DNA of 64,000 bases. It comes from Candidatus Pacearchaeota archaeon. Lineage in GTDB: Archaea; Nanobdellota; Nanobdellia; Pacearchaeales; GW2011-AR1. The position numbers were made by a program, and so were the translations under genes. Of this stretch, positions 1 through 9,521 are shown one piece after another (positions within the stretch are counted from its first letter, which is position 1; every line of letters starts with the position of its first letter). Below the pieces are notes generated by a model that saw only the letters and a program-made list of their open reading frames with translations, searched no databases and was not told the origin of the DNA. The stretch spans positions 5,184 to 69,183 of the forward strand of contig CAXNIJ010000006.1 of the NCBI GenBank assembly GCA_964202455.1, given 5' to 3'.

Positions 1-884
1 AAAATTTGATGTCTGGAATGGGAGAATTACACTTAGAAATTATTGAAGGAAGAATAAAAAATGAGAAAGGACTCGATGTAAAAATGGGGTCTCCAATTGT
101 AGTTTATAGAGAAAGTATTGGAAAAAACAGCGGAGAACTCGAAGTAAGAACTCCTAATGGGCACAATATATTTACAATAAGTATGGAACCGCTAGAGAAA
201 GAAGTGTATGATTCTATTGAAAAAGGAGATCTTCCCGAAGGAAGACTTAAGAAGAAGTCTGAAGACATGTGGAAGAAATTACAGGCTCTAGGTATTTCTA
301 ATGAAGAGGCTCGTCAATATCAGGAAATCTATAAAGGGAATGTTTTTGAAGAGCGAACTCGAGGTATTGTAACATTGCCGGAGATTATAGAGTCACTTAT
401 TGATGGATGGAAACTTGTTGTTGATGGCGGTCCCATGGCTAAAGAGCCTTTGATGAAAGCAAAGTTTATTTTACATGACGCTAAGATTCACGTTGATCAT
501 ATGCATCGCGGTCCTGCACAGATTTATCCAGCCGTGCGTTTAGGAATGTTTGATTGTATGAAGAAAGGTGGCGCCGTAATTCTTGAACCTATTCAAACTC
601 ACTTGATTGAAGTTCCAGTTGAATTTATGGGTGCTGTGACTACACTTGTAGGAAGTAAGAGGGGCGTGCTTATAGATGTTGCACAAGAAGGAAACGATAC
701 GTTCATTAAATCTAGGATACCTGTTTCTGAGATGATTGGATGGAGTAATGACTTACGAAGTTCTACTGAAGGACGAGGCGTAAGTAGTTTGATGGATCAG
801 GAATTCCAGAAGATGCCTGGAGAATTACAAACCAATGTTATTAGAAAGATTAGAGAAAGAAAAGGCTTGGCAGAGAATCAGTAA
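1..884 (+). CDS. fusA: Elongation factor 2 (aEF-2), C-terminal ~290 aa; 5' end lies outside the window
   Basis: Frame is open to the left edge. GMGELHLEI motif. Diphthamide-site motif HVDHMHRGPAQ (H-x-D-x-x-HRG) typical of archaeal/eukaryal EF-2. C-terminal SEMIGWSNDLRSSTEGRG pattern. Confidence 0.9.
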   Translation, partial: NLMSGMGELHLEIIEGRIKNEKGLDVKMGSPIVVYRESIGKNSGELEVRTPNGHNIFTISMEPLEKEVYDSIEKGDLPEGRLKKKSEDMWKKLQALGISNEEARQYQEIYKGNVFEERTRGIVTLPEIIESLIDGWKLVVDGGPMAKEPLMKAKFILHDAKIHVDHMHRGPAQIYPAVRLGMFDCMKKGGAVILEPIQTHLIEVPVEFMGAVTTLVGSKRGVLIDVAQEGNDTFIKSRIPVSEMIGWSNDLRSSTEGRGVSSLMDQEFQKMPGELQTNVIRKIRERKGLAENQ

Positions 885-917
885 AAGTTAGTTCGCTTTG
901 CTCACTACTTTAATGGC

Positions 918-947
918 TATATTGGACAGAGTACTCTGTTCAATATA
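918..947. terminator. 30-nt near-perfect palindrome just downstream of EF-2; hairpin terminator or protein-binding palindrome
   Basis: TATATTGGACAGAG-TA-CTCTGTTCAATATA. 14-nt arms with one G.T pair. Starts 34 nt after the EF-2 stop. Confidence 0.3.
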
Positions 948-1178
948 GGAAATAATAATTTGCTTATAGATTATATACTAATAATTATAGAAAATTTGTC
1001 TTCATAATATACTATCGATAGTTATTTTTTTGATAAAGTTCTTTTTGATTCGACCATATTAAATATGCTACTGGAACGATAAATAGCCAGTGCAAGATAA
1101 AAGAAAGTGCGAAACTGATAAGTGCTAGAATTGATTGAATTACTACGGTTTTGTTGAATTCTCTTTTAGCTATCTTTT

Positions 1179-1970
1179 TCATATTTCTTTACAATTAGAT
1201 TCTTTAATTTCGGAAGGATTTAGTTTAGAATAATACTTATTTTTTAATTCTAGAGGTAAAACATCAAAAGGACAAATAAAATTCTTTTCTTTTCCATATA
1301 ATAAGTTTCCCTCTGCAGGTAATTGATCGTTAATATGATTTAAGTCGAAAACTCCAAAGTCAAAATTATTTGCTAATGGGGTGCCCGTGGTGTATCCTAA
1401 AAGCTCTCCTGCTTTGAATCGAATAAATTCACTTAATTTTGGCGAATCTCTAGTATCTGTTTGAGGAGTACTGGGAAAGACGTTTTTTATTTTTTCTATT
1501 GGTTCGGTAATATGATTAATGAGATACCAAATTTCACAAGAAACTTGAAAATGTAAGTCATAATCTGTTGCACCTCTTGCGGATTTATATACTCCAGAAA
1601 TTAGTTCAGAATCTACAGGAGCATATACTGCTACTTTTTGTCCACTTTTAATATTTAACCAAGCTCGATGCCTAGAATTACCTGGAGTGATTATTGTTGG
1701 TTCTACACTTGAGATTTTATCTATTTCTGTAAAATCGTGTGTGAATTTAATATCTGAATTATTTATGCAAGGAACATTCCAATAAAGATTTTTTAATATA
1801 ATGGTTTCTTTTGTTTGAATATTTTTTTCTGAAGTTGAGCTGGTATTGTTTAATTTAGAAAAAGAAGGAGATTCTATTTTTTCTATTTCTAAATTTTTTA
1901 ATGAAAAAAATAGGACTATAAATAAAACACAGAGAAAAATTATAATTGTAATTATATATTTAGACCTCAT
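1179..1970 (-). CDS. Hypothetical membrane-anchored or secreted protein
   Basis: 263-aa ORF with hydrophobic N-terminus IITIIIFLCVLFIVLFF. No catalytic motif recognised. Confidence 0.5.
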   Translation of the reverse strand: MRSKYIITIIIFLCVLFIVLFFSLKNLEIEKIESPSFSKLNNTSSTSEKNIQTKETIILKNLYWNVPCINNSDIKFTHDFTEIDKISSVEPTIITPGNSRHRAWLNIKSGQKVAVYAPVDSELISGVYKSARGATDYDLHFQVSCEIWYLINHITEPIEKIKNVFPSTPQTDTRDSPKLSEFIRFKAGELLGYTTGTPLANNFDFGVFDLNHINDQLPAEGNLLYGKEKNFICPFDVLPLELKNKYYSKLNPSEIKESNCKEI

Positions 1971-2119
1971 TTTAATTGTTATGACCGTAAACTATATAAA
2001 CTTCTCCATCTTATTTATTATATGCAAAGTGGGATGATAGGTTATTCTTGGAAAAGAGATACAATTAGTTTTACTTGCGTGTCTGACTTTATTCTTCTCT
2101 GCGAGTAAACCTAAACTTC

Positions 2120-2455
2120 ATGTTTCTGGTTCTTGCAAATTCTACCATGACAATAAAAAAACAAACTCCGCTTCTTGCATCGTCTTTTTCTGTAGCGGAG
2201 AATGTGCGTATAATTCACACTCTACTTCTTGAAGAAGGGGCTTCTAGAAATATTTTAGAAAGTACCCTAGAATTTGCTAGAAGAAATATTCTTGCTGAAA
2301 AAGAATGTTGCAGTAGATGTCTAAAGGCATTTATACTTGAGAAAATTAAAGAAAAAAATTCAAAAGAATTGATTTTGGTTGTAAATAGAGTTTTACGAGA
2401 TGAAATTGGACACGAAGGATATTATTTGGATGGTGAAGAACTAAGGAAGATTTAA
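2120..2455 (+). CDS. Hypothetical protein (111 aa)
   Basis: ORF only; no motif recognised. Confidence 0.35.
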   Translation: MFLVLANSTMTIKKQTPLLASSFSVAENVRIIHTLLLEEGASRNILESTLEFARRNILAEKECCSRCLKAFILEKIKEKNSKELILVVNRVLRDEIGHEGYYLDGEELRKI

Positions 2456-2479
2456 AAACTACACCTTCTAAAGTTTTTT

Positions 2480-2923
2480 ATGAGCGCCGGATTGGAAGTT
2501 TTACACGAAAGTGGAGTAATTACTTTGGATGAGAGTTTGCTTACGAAAACCAAGACTGCCCCTTTAGTTGCAATAGGGGCACATAGAGATTCTCGAATTG
2601 ATCTATACACTTTGAAGTATAATGGTGCTAAACAAGCAAGCGTTTTTGTTTATCCATCTTGGTATGCCCTCAGGCCCGATAAATTAAGTGAATTAGATCC
2701 AAATATTTCCGATGTTTCGAATATAATTATATTTCAAGAATTTAATGAAGTTTCTGTAGAAGATTTAGATAGGGAATTCATTATTGCTGCGCAGAGAGAT
2801 ACTCTTACATCCTTTATGGATCATCCATACAATCTTCATAGGCCTCCGATTATTGAACATTCTTATATAAATGGAGCAGAGTTGTTGATCAAAGGAATTA
2901 TTGAAGATTTGAGATTATCCTAA
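2480..2923 (+). CDS. Hypothetical protein (147 aa)
   Basis: ORF only. Same strand as the preceding ORF, 24 nt downstream. Confidence 0.45.
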   Translation: MSAGLEVLHESGVITLDESLLTKTKTAPLVAIGAHRDSRIDLYTLKYNGAKQASVFVYPSWYALRPDKLSELDPNISDVSNIIIFQEFNEVSVEDLDREFIIAAQRDTLTSFMDHPYNLHRPPIIEHSYINGAELLIKGIIEDLRLS

Positions 2924-2925
2924 AA

Positions 2926-3615
2926 TTACTTTCTTTTTCCCATTAATTGCAGAAGATGAAGGAATAGGTTAATGAAGTCAAGATAGAGTGTGAGTGCACC
3001 TAAAATTGATTCCTTTGTATCCTCATCTGTGCCTTCATTTCCAAGAACATTATGTTCTTTGATTTTCTGAACATCATAAGCGGTAAGACCCATAAAGATA
3101 ATGACTCCTAGAATGGAAATTATAAAGTTGAATTGAGAACTTTGAAGGAATAAATTGAAAAGACTAGCTAAAATTATCCCAATAAGTCCAATGAATAGAA
3201 AAGTGCCTAACGAAGTAAGGTCTCTTTTTGTGACGTAGCCATATAAACTCAATAATCCGAAAAGTCCCGCAGTTAAGAAGAAAACAAAAGCAATTGAAGA
3301 AATTTCATAAACTATGAAAATTACAGATAATGTGAGTCCGGTAATAAATGAGTATAATATGAAACATAACTTGGCAATTCCTGCAGACATACTTTTAATC
3401 CAGGCAGATAAATAAATTACCAATCCTAGTTCAAGAATAATGAGGCCGAAGAATATCCATCTACTGCCAAAGATTAATGCTAATAGAGAGGGTGTTGATA
3501 TTGTTAAGTAAGCTGCAAGTGCAGAAATTAAAAGGCCAAAGAACATCCAGGCATAGACTTTCTGGAAAAATCTTTGTGTTTCTCCCTCATTATTTTTTAA
3601 ATTTCTTCGTGTCAT
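2926..3615 (-). CDS. BAX inhibitor-1/YccA (TMBIM) family membrane protein
   Basis: Seven hydrophobic segments. N-terminal FFQKVYAWMFFGLLISALAAY and C-terminal LGALTLYLDFINLFLHLLQLMG match the family pattern. Confidence 0.8.
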   Translation of the reverse strand: MTRRNLKNNEGETQRFFQKVYAWMFFGLLISALAAYLTISTPSLLALIFGSRWIFFGLIILELGLVIYLSAWIKSMSAGIAKLCFILYSFITGLTLSVIFIVYEISSIAFVFFLTAGLFGLLSLYGYVTKRDLTSLGTFLFIGLIGIILASLFNLFLQSSQFNFIISILGVIIFMGLTAYDVQKIKEHNVLGNEGTDEDTKESILGALTLYLDFINLFLHLLQLMGKRK

Positions 3616-3651
3616 TATTTGTTTAATAGAAGGTAGTTTAAAAATGTTTCT

Positions 3652-5679
3652 TTAGAATCTTCGATCTTTATCTTGTCTATTCATAAATTTATTTATGAAG
3701 TCACTGTAATCTTCGCGCTCGACTATATTTGTAACTGTCCAAAGACTTTCTGCAGCTATTTGTTGAGTCTTTACGACTCCGCTAACTTTGCGATGAACTG
3801 GACCAGTTAGGAGAAGCTGATGTTTACTTTTTTCTGCAGCACGTTTTGCAGCGATTACCGTGTTTCCTACAGCATGATATGCTTGGGCTCCTTGCATTGA
3901 TTCTACTATCATTTCTCCTAAATGAATACCTATTCCAAAATTAATTTTTAGTGCATGTTTTTGGTTATACTCTAGCAATAACTTCTCTATATCTCTACCA
4001 ATTTTTACTGCAAGAAGAGAAGGGTTCTCATTTTTTGTTTTTTGAGGAGAAAAAATCATTAGATGAGTATTGCGATCTTCTCTTACTGTCGCCTTTGCTG
4101 AAGAAGCATGATATGCAACTTTACTGATTAAATCTGATGCCTGATCGTCTTCAATTAGTTCGTGAATATTATGAATTGTTAATGCCATAATTGCACATTC
4201 TTCCTTTCTTCCGGTAGCTGAAGAGTATCCAAGACTTTTTTTTACTTCAGGATGCTGGAAAGAAGAATTTTTTGGAAAAGAAATAGGTTCTGAAGATTGA
4301 GACATTATGGGTTTAAGACGAGGTTGATCCCATTTTGAACTCATCAGAGGCATTTTTCCAGTATAATTTCTTTTAACTGCTACTTTATATGCTGCAACTG
4401 CCATAAATATTAGTCCGAAAAATAAAATAAAGTATAATATATTCCATCCTTTTCCTTTAACTAATTCATTAATATCTCTTATTTCTATCGATTTTCCTGT
4501 AAGAAAAGAACTTCCTAAATCTTTTTGTTCTATACCTTCTGAAACTTTAATTGAATAAGTTCCATCTGGCGCTATTAGTTTATAGACTTTCTTTTCCCCT
4601 AATCCAAGTTCGATGTTTTTTATCTCATTTATGCCATTGAGTGAAACCTCTACGGCTTTTTTGAATTCTGTGTTTCCAGTGTTAGTTAGAATCAAAGTAT
4701 TATTTTCTAGAGAAAATGAAACATTTACAACTTCTTCTGTATTCCAAGTACGTTCTGCTTGAAGGGTTTGAGTTTTAGCTTCAATTTTCCAAAGACCTGG
4801 AGTTGCATTATTTGCTAACGTATATGAAAGTGTCTCTCCTGCCTTTACTAATTTCTTTTCTAAGATTTTTCCCGAAGGATGAATTATTGAAATGCTAGCA
4901 TCTTGTCTTACATCTTCATTTGCCTGATCTGTAAGAAGCACCATATAGACTAGATTTTTTCCAGGTTGTAAAATTGGAGAGTTAAGAGCGACGTCTATAT
5001 TTTTTGCTACTTGAGAAATTTTTATTATGCTTTGGCTTGTTCCCTCATTCATTAATAAGTCTGAATCATCTTTTTCATATACTCTTGCTTGAACAATATA
5101 ATTTCTTGAAGGAGTTAAATCTGGAATATTTAATGTTAAATTGAATGCGCCCTTATTTACTTGACTAGAAACACTAGTTGACAGACCAGTTATGGAAAGG
5201 TCTATAAAACCTTTTAGAGGAGAGCCATTTTTTCTTGTCGAAGTTCCTGAAACTTGTACTTGTGAACCAGGAAGATATACTGCTTTATCTAACTTCAATG
5301 TAGTTATAAGTTCTTTTGTAATTTCAAATATTCCACTTTCACCTTTTTCATTTCCATAATCTGCTTGTAACGAACAAGTTCCAGTTACATTTCCTAAAAT
5401 ACTCGAATCTAAATGCGTTGAAAAAGGTATTTTCTTTTGTTCACCTGCTTTAATATTTAATGGGTTTTTGTATATTTCTACTTTGCCCGTATCACAGATT
5501 ATATTTATTGAAAGAAAACTTGTTTTTGCTGAACTTGAAAATAGAGTTATATTTGTAATCAAATTATCTCCAAGATTATATAATGATTCTAATTGGCCTG
5601 TGAATACTTCTGCTGATACAGATTGTAAGCTTAAAATAAATAATATGCATATAGCTACTCCAATTGCCTCTTTTGACAT
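3652..5679 (-). CDS. Signal peptide + large extracellular domain + TM + cytoplasmic class III nucleotidyl-cyclase-like domain (possibly degenerate)
   Basis: N-terminal signal ICILFILSLQSVSAEV. TM segment NILYFILFFGLIFMAVAAY. C-terminal IGIHLGEMIVES...YHAVGNTVIAAKRAAEKSKHQLLLTGPVHRKV resembles the GIHxG...GdtVNxAaR...ilvS core of cyclase homology domains. The F-x-D-I-x-G-F-T metal motif is not evident. Confidence 0.45.
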   Translation of the reverse strand: MSKEAIGVAICILFILSLQSVSAEVFTGQLESLYNLGDNLITNITLFSSSAKTSFLSINIICDTGKVEIYKNPLNIKAGEQKKIPFSTHLDSSILGNVTGTCSLQADYGNEKGESGIFEITKELITTLKLDKAVYLPGSQVQVSGTSTRKNGSPLKGFIDLSITGLSTSVSSQVNKGAFNLTLNIPDLTPSRNYIVQARVYEKDDSDLLMNEGTSQSIIKISQVAKNIDVALNSPILQPGKNLVYMVLLTDQANEDVRQDASISIIHPSGKILEKKLVKAGETLSYTLANNATPGLWKIEAKTQTLQAERTWNTEEVVNVSFSLENNTLILTNTGNTEFKKAVEVSLNGINEIKNIELGLGEKKVYKLIAPDGTYSIKVSEGIEQKDLGSSFLTGKSIEIRDINELVKGKGWNILYFILFFGLIFMAVAAYKVAVKRNYTGKMPLMSSKWDQPRLKPIMSQSSEPISFPKNSSFQHPEVKKSLGYSSATGRKEECAIMALTIHNIHELIEDDQASDLISKVAYHASSAKATVREDRNTHLMIFSPQKTKNENPSLLAVKIGRDIEKLLLEYNQKHALKINFGIGIHLGEMIVESMQGAQAYHAVGNTVIAAKRAAEKSKHQLLLTGPVHRKVSGVVKTQQIAAESLWTVTNIVEREDYSDFINKFMNRQDKDRRF

Positions 5680-5795
5680 GCTTTATTGAGCAATTTTTTG
5701 TATATAAATGTTATTGCTTTCGAATATAGCTCATTTATATCGCTTTAACTTTTTTTGTACAAAGTGTTTAAATAGTTGTTTTCTCTTTTTTATGA

Positions 5796-6920
5796 ATGGG
5801 TGATGAGTTTAAAGTTAATCCTTATGAAGTTAAGGGAACTATTGATTACGATAGATTGATTGCGCAGTTTGGTGTGGAAAAGATTTCTTCTGATTTGCTT
5901 AAACGTCTGCAGAAACATACTAAAGTGTTGCATCCGATGCTACGGCGTAAGGTCTTTTTTGCTCACCGCGATCTCTCCTGGATTCTTGATGAATATGAAA
6001 AGGGAAATAAGTTCTTTCTCTATACTGGACGAGCACCTAGCGGATCTATGCATATTGGTCATGCGTTACCTATGCTGTTTACTAAATGGCTTCAGGATGT
6101 TTTCGATTGTGAACTTTGGCTTCAGATAGATGACGAAGAAAAATTCCTTTTTAAACTAGAAATGACGTTTGAACAGTCCCAGGAATTTTTGGAAGATAAT
6201 CTCTTAGATATTGTTGCTCTCGGATTTAACCCTAAAAAAACACATATTTTGATTGATACGCGACACGCAGGCCTAATGTATAAAGAAGCATGTAAAGTTG
6301 CCAAGAAATTGACGTTTTCTATGGTTCGTTCTTCGTTTGGATTTACGGAACAAACGAATGTCGGCTCGTTGTTTTATACTTCTATGCAAGCCGTTCCTGC
6401 ATTCCTCCCCTCAGTTATCGCCAAAAAAGAAATTCCGTGCCTCATTCCACATGCTATTGATCAAGATCCTCATTTTCGTTTGACGCGAGATATCTTGCCT
6501 AAACTAGGACATTATAAACCTGCTTCGATTCAATGCTCTTTCCTCCCACCTCTAACTGGTGCTGAAGGTAAGATGTCTTCTTCCACAAGTGATCAAGCTA
6601 TTCTTCTTAGCGATACTCCTGAAGCAGTCAAGAAAAAGATAAACAAATATGCTTTTTCTGGTGGAAAAGATACTTTAGAAGAACATCGTAAGCTTGGAGG
6701 AAATCCGGATATTGACGTATCTTTTCAATATTTGAAATATCTTTTTGAAGAAGATGATAAAAAATTGGCGAAGATTGAATCAGACTATCGTTCAGGCAAA
6801 CTTCTTTCAGGAGAATTGAAGGCAATTGCTATCGAGAAGATTAACGCTTTTCTAAAAAAACATCAGAAAAAAAGAGAGAATGCTAAGAAAGATTTGCCTA
6901 AATTTATTTACAAAATTTAG
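5796..6920 (+). CDS. trpS: Tryptophanyl-tRNA synthetase, archaeal/eukaryal type
   Basis: YTGRAPSGSMHIGHALP (HIGH), GKMSSS (KMSKS) and INKYAFSGG, all characteristic of eukaryote/archaeal-type TrpRS. Confidence 0.85.
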   Translation: MGDEFKVNPYEVKGTIDYDRLIAQFGVEKISSDLLKRLQKHTKVLHPMLRRKVFFAHRDLSWILDEYEKGNKFFLYTGRAPSGSMHIGHALPMLFTKWLQDVFDCELWLQIDDEEKFLFKLEMTFEQSQEFLEDNLLDIVALGFNPKKTHILIDTRHAGLMYKEACKVAKKLTFSMVRSSFGFTEQTNVGSLFYTSMQAVPAFLPSVIAKKEIPCLIPHAIDQDPHFRLTRDILPKLGHYKPASIQCSFLPPLTGAEGKMSSSTSDQAILLSDTPEAVKKKINKYAFSGGKDTLEEHRKLGGNPDIDVSFQYLKYLFEEDDKKLAKIESDYRSGKLLSGELKAIAIEKINAFLKKHQKKRENAKKDLPKFIYKI

Positions 6921-7477
6921 TTCTGATTTTTTTGTACTGTACGCATTTTATTTACAAGTTCTTTACTTCTGTTTCCCACTTGATTATACCAATTAGAATT
7001 TTCCATTTCTTTAGAGGCAGTTTCGTAATCTCTTGCTTCGATAGCTGAAATGGTTTTCTTGAATTTTCTAAATCCTGCTGACCCTAGATTGAAAGTCATA
7101 TTTACGATTATTTCTTGTACTTGTGTTGGTTGATTATCATAACTTTTAACAATTTTTTTTGCATCTTTTACAGCATTTGCAATATCCTGACTTAAGATGT
7201 ACTTTATTTGAACATCATTTAGAGCTTGTTTTCCATCTAATACTTTAGTATAATCTGCCCCAACTTTTTGAACAAGATTTGATGCATCTGGGCGAGTAAG
7301 ATTAAACCCTACGCCGATTGTAGGAATTCCCTTTGTATCATAGTATCTGTTAGTTTTGTATCCTTCATGACGAATTAATTGTTCTTCCAGAGCCTCTGTA
7401 TTGCTTTCTAAATGGGAAAAAGCAGTTCCACCTAGTAAACCTAGTCCTGCTATTGTTGAATAAATTTGTTTTCTCAT
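6917..7477 (-). CDS. GH24 (T4-type) lysozyme with N-terminal hydrophobic signal/anchor
   Basis: IRHEGYKTNRYYDTKGIPTIGVGFNL carries the E...D...T catalytic triad pattern of T4 lysozyme. N-terminus is AGLGLLGGTAF. Confidence 0.8.
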   Translation of the reverse strand: MRKQIYSTIAGLGLLGGTAFSHLESNTEALEEQLIRHEGYKTNRYYDTKGIPTIGVGFNLTRPDASNLVQKVGADYTKVLDGKQALNDVQIKYILSQDIANAVKDAKKIVKSYDNQPTQVQEIIVNMTFNLGSAGFRKFKKTISAIEARDYETASKEMENSNWYNQVGNRSKELVNKMRTVQKNQN

Positions 7478-7544
7478 AATTTACTTATACAATGGAACTA
7501 TTTAAATCTTTCTATTGTAATTACTTATAAAGGGTAACAAAATA

Positions 7545-8960
7545 TTATCCTTTTATAACCGCTAGAGGTTTTAGACGAGCAACTATTTTTCCAATACCTA
7601 AAGCGTCAGATACTCGGACTACTTCATTAACATCTTTATATGCTTCTGGAGCCTCTTCAACTATTCCTTTTCTGCTTCCTGCTTTAATTATTACGTTCTT
7701 TATGGCTAGTTCTTTTTCTATTTGTTCCGGAGTGAAGTTTTTGATGGCGTAAGAGCGAGAAAGAACACGACCTGCTCCATGCGCAGTACTACCTAAAGAA
7801 AGTTCTTCTGCTTTTTTTGTGCCGACTAAAACGAAAGAAAATGTTCCCATACTTCCTGGAATAAATATTGGGCAACCTATTGAACGATAAATTGACGGAA
7901 TTTCTTTTCTTCCTGGACCAAAGGAGCGTGTTGCGCCTTTTCTATGAACACAAAGTGTGCATGTCTTCCCTTCAATTTGGTGTTCTTCGAATTTTGCGAT
8001 ATTATGAGCGATGTCATAAAGCAAATCTACTTTTATTTTTGGAAAGAATTTTGCAAAACTTTTTCTAATTTGATAAGTTATGAGCTGGCGATTAACAAAC
8101 GCAAAATTTGCTGCGGCAGCCATCGCTGCACGATAATCTTTTCCTAAAGGAGAATTGATTGGCGCACATATTAATTCTCTATCTGGAAGATCTTTAAAAC
8201 CATATTGCTTTTCCATTTTTATTATGTAGTCTGATGCGACTTGATGACCCAATCCCCTACTACCTGAGTGAACCATTATTACTATTTGACCCATTTTTAG
8301 ACCGAAAGCTTTCGCTATTTCTTTATCTATAATGCTTTCTACTTCTTGGATTTCTAGAAAATGATTTCCTGAACCTAAACTTCCTAGTTGTGAACGTCCG
8401 CGCGCTTTTGCGCGTGGGCTCACTTTAGAGGCTTCTGCTCCTACAATGCAACCATCATCTTCTATTCTTTTCTGATCTTCTAGAGTAGCATATTTTTTCT
8501 CGACTGCCCAAGCAACTCCTTTCTCTAAGACACGATTTAATTCTTTGTCATCGAATGAGAATTCGCTTTCCTTGCCGACGCCAGATGGAACATCTCGTGC
8601 AATCTGAGAAATTATTTCATTACGTTTAGCAAGAAATTCTTCTCTTTGTAGGGAAGTAATAAGGAGACGGACTCCACAATTTATGTCGTATCCTACGCCC
8701 CCTGGAGAGATAATGCCTTTTTCTAGGTCAAATGCAGCAACGCCTCCAATGGGGAAGCCGTAGCCTTGGTGAGCGTCGGGCATCGCAATTGATTCTCCCA
8801 CAATCCCTTTTAATTGTGCAACGTTTCTAACTTGTTCTAGAGTTTTATTTTCTTTTTGAATATTTTTCATTAAAGTATCTGAAGCAAATATTTTACCCGG
8901 AACTAACATTTTTCCTTCTTTCTCTATTTGCCAGATATTTTCTGCGATCTTCTTGACCAT
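7545..8960 (-). CDS. rtcB: RtcB RNA 3'-phosphate ligase (tRNA splicing ligase)
   Basis: Full-length 471 aa. MPDAHQGYGFPIGGVAA, GGVGYDINCGVR, GSGNHFLE, HSGSRGLGHQV and HGAGR motifs. Confidence 0.95.
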   Translation of the reverse strand: MVKKIAENIWQIEKEGKMLVPGKIFASDTLMKNIQKENKTLEQVRNVAQLKGIVGESIAMPDAHQGYGFPIGGVAAFDLEKGIISPGGVGYDINCGVRLLITSLQREEFLAKRNEIISQIARDVPSGVGKESEFSFDDKELNRVLEKGVAWAVEKKYATLEDQKRIEDDGCIVGAEASKVSPRAKARGRSQLGSLGSGNHFLEIQEVESIIDKEIAKAFGLKMGQIVIMVHSGSRGLGHQVASDYIIKMEKQYGFKDLPDRELICAPINSPLGKDYRAAMAAAANFAFVNRQLITYQIRKSFAKFFPKIKVDLLYDIAHNIAKFEEHQIEGKTCTLCVHRKGATRSFGPGRKEIPSIYRSIGCPIFIPGSMGTFSFVLVGTKKAEELSLGSTAHGAGRVLSRSYAIKNFTPEQIEKELAIKNVIIKAGSRKGIVEEAPEAYKDVNEVVRVSDALGIGKIVARLKPLAVIKG

Positions 8961-9057
8961 TCTTTTTTGAAGAAGAAGAAGTTTAAGAAGATAGCGGTTT
9001 GCCGATTTATATTTTACTTTTCTTCAGTTTGTGTTTCAATGAGAAGAAGAGATTAAA

Positions 9058-9471
9058 TTAGACATCTAGCACTACAATCGCTTCCCAACCAGATTTTTTC
9101 TTTACTATTTCCATCTCTGCAAAAGTTGCAGCTTTAATATGTGTGAGATGATAGTTTTTCGTATCATCTCCGAAGACTTCAGCTTTGAGATTATTTCCCC
9201 TTAGGAGAACTGATGCTTTTGCGGGAACAAAATGCTCGGCATCTATGAGATAGAGGAGTTCATCTATGAAATTTGCCAATAATGAATGGGTGTCTGTTCC
9301 TTGAACTTCGATAACTTTCCCTTTTTTGCTTGTAATAGGTGAACCTGAGTTGATGTAATGCGCTACTGCTCTGACAGTATTTTCAAATATTTCATTTAGT
9401 GTTGAACCGTTTATTTGAATTTTTATATCTGCAGTATGGTCGAGGAAATTGAAGGGTAGTTGCTGAGGCAT
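9058..9471 (-). CDS. Archease (RtcB activator)
   Basis: FLDHTADIKIQ N-terminal motif and KAATFAEMEI C-terminal motif. Directly upstream of rtcB on the same strand. I prefer the internal Met (MPQQLPF) because the longer ORF (to 9531) overlaps the divergent gene. Confidence 0.85.
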   Translation of the reverse strand: MPQQLPFNFLDHTADIKIQINGSTLNEIFENTVRAVAHYINSGSPITSKKGKVIEVQGTDTHSLLANFIDELLYLIDAEHFVPAKASVLLRGNNLKAEVFGDDTKNYHLTHIKAATFAEMEIVKKKSGWEAIVVLDV

Positions 9472-9521
9472 GTTGAAATAAAGGAGATTAGCTTTATAAA
9501 TTACCTTATGATGATTAGTTA

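Noticed and set aside
5860-6825. Nested ORFs within trpS on both strands
   Set aside because: They are out-of-frame or antisense to a motif-complete TrpRS.
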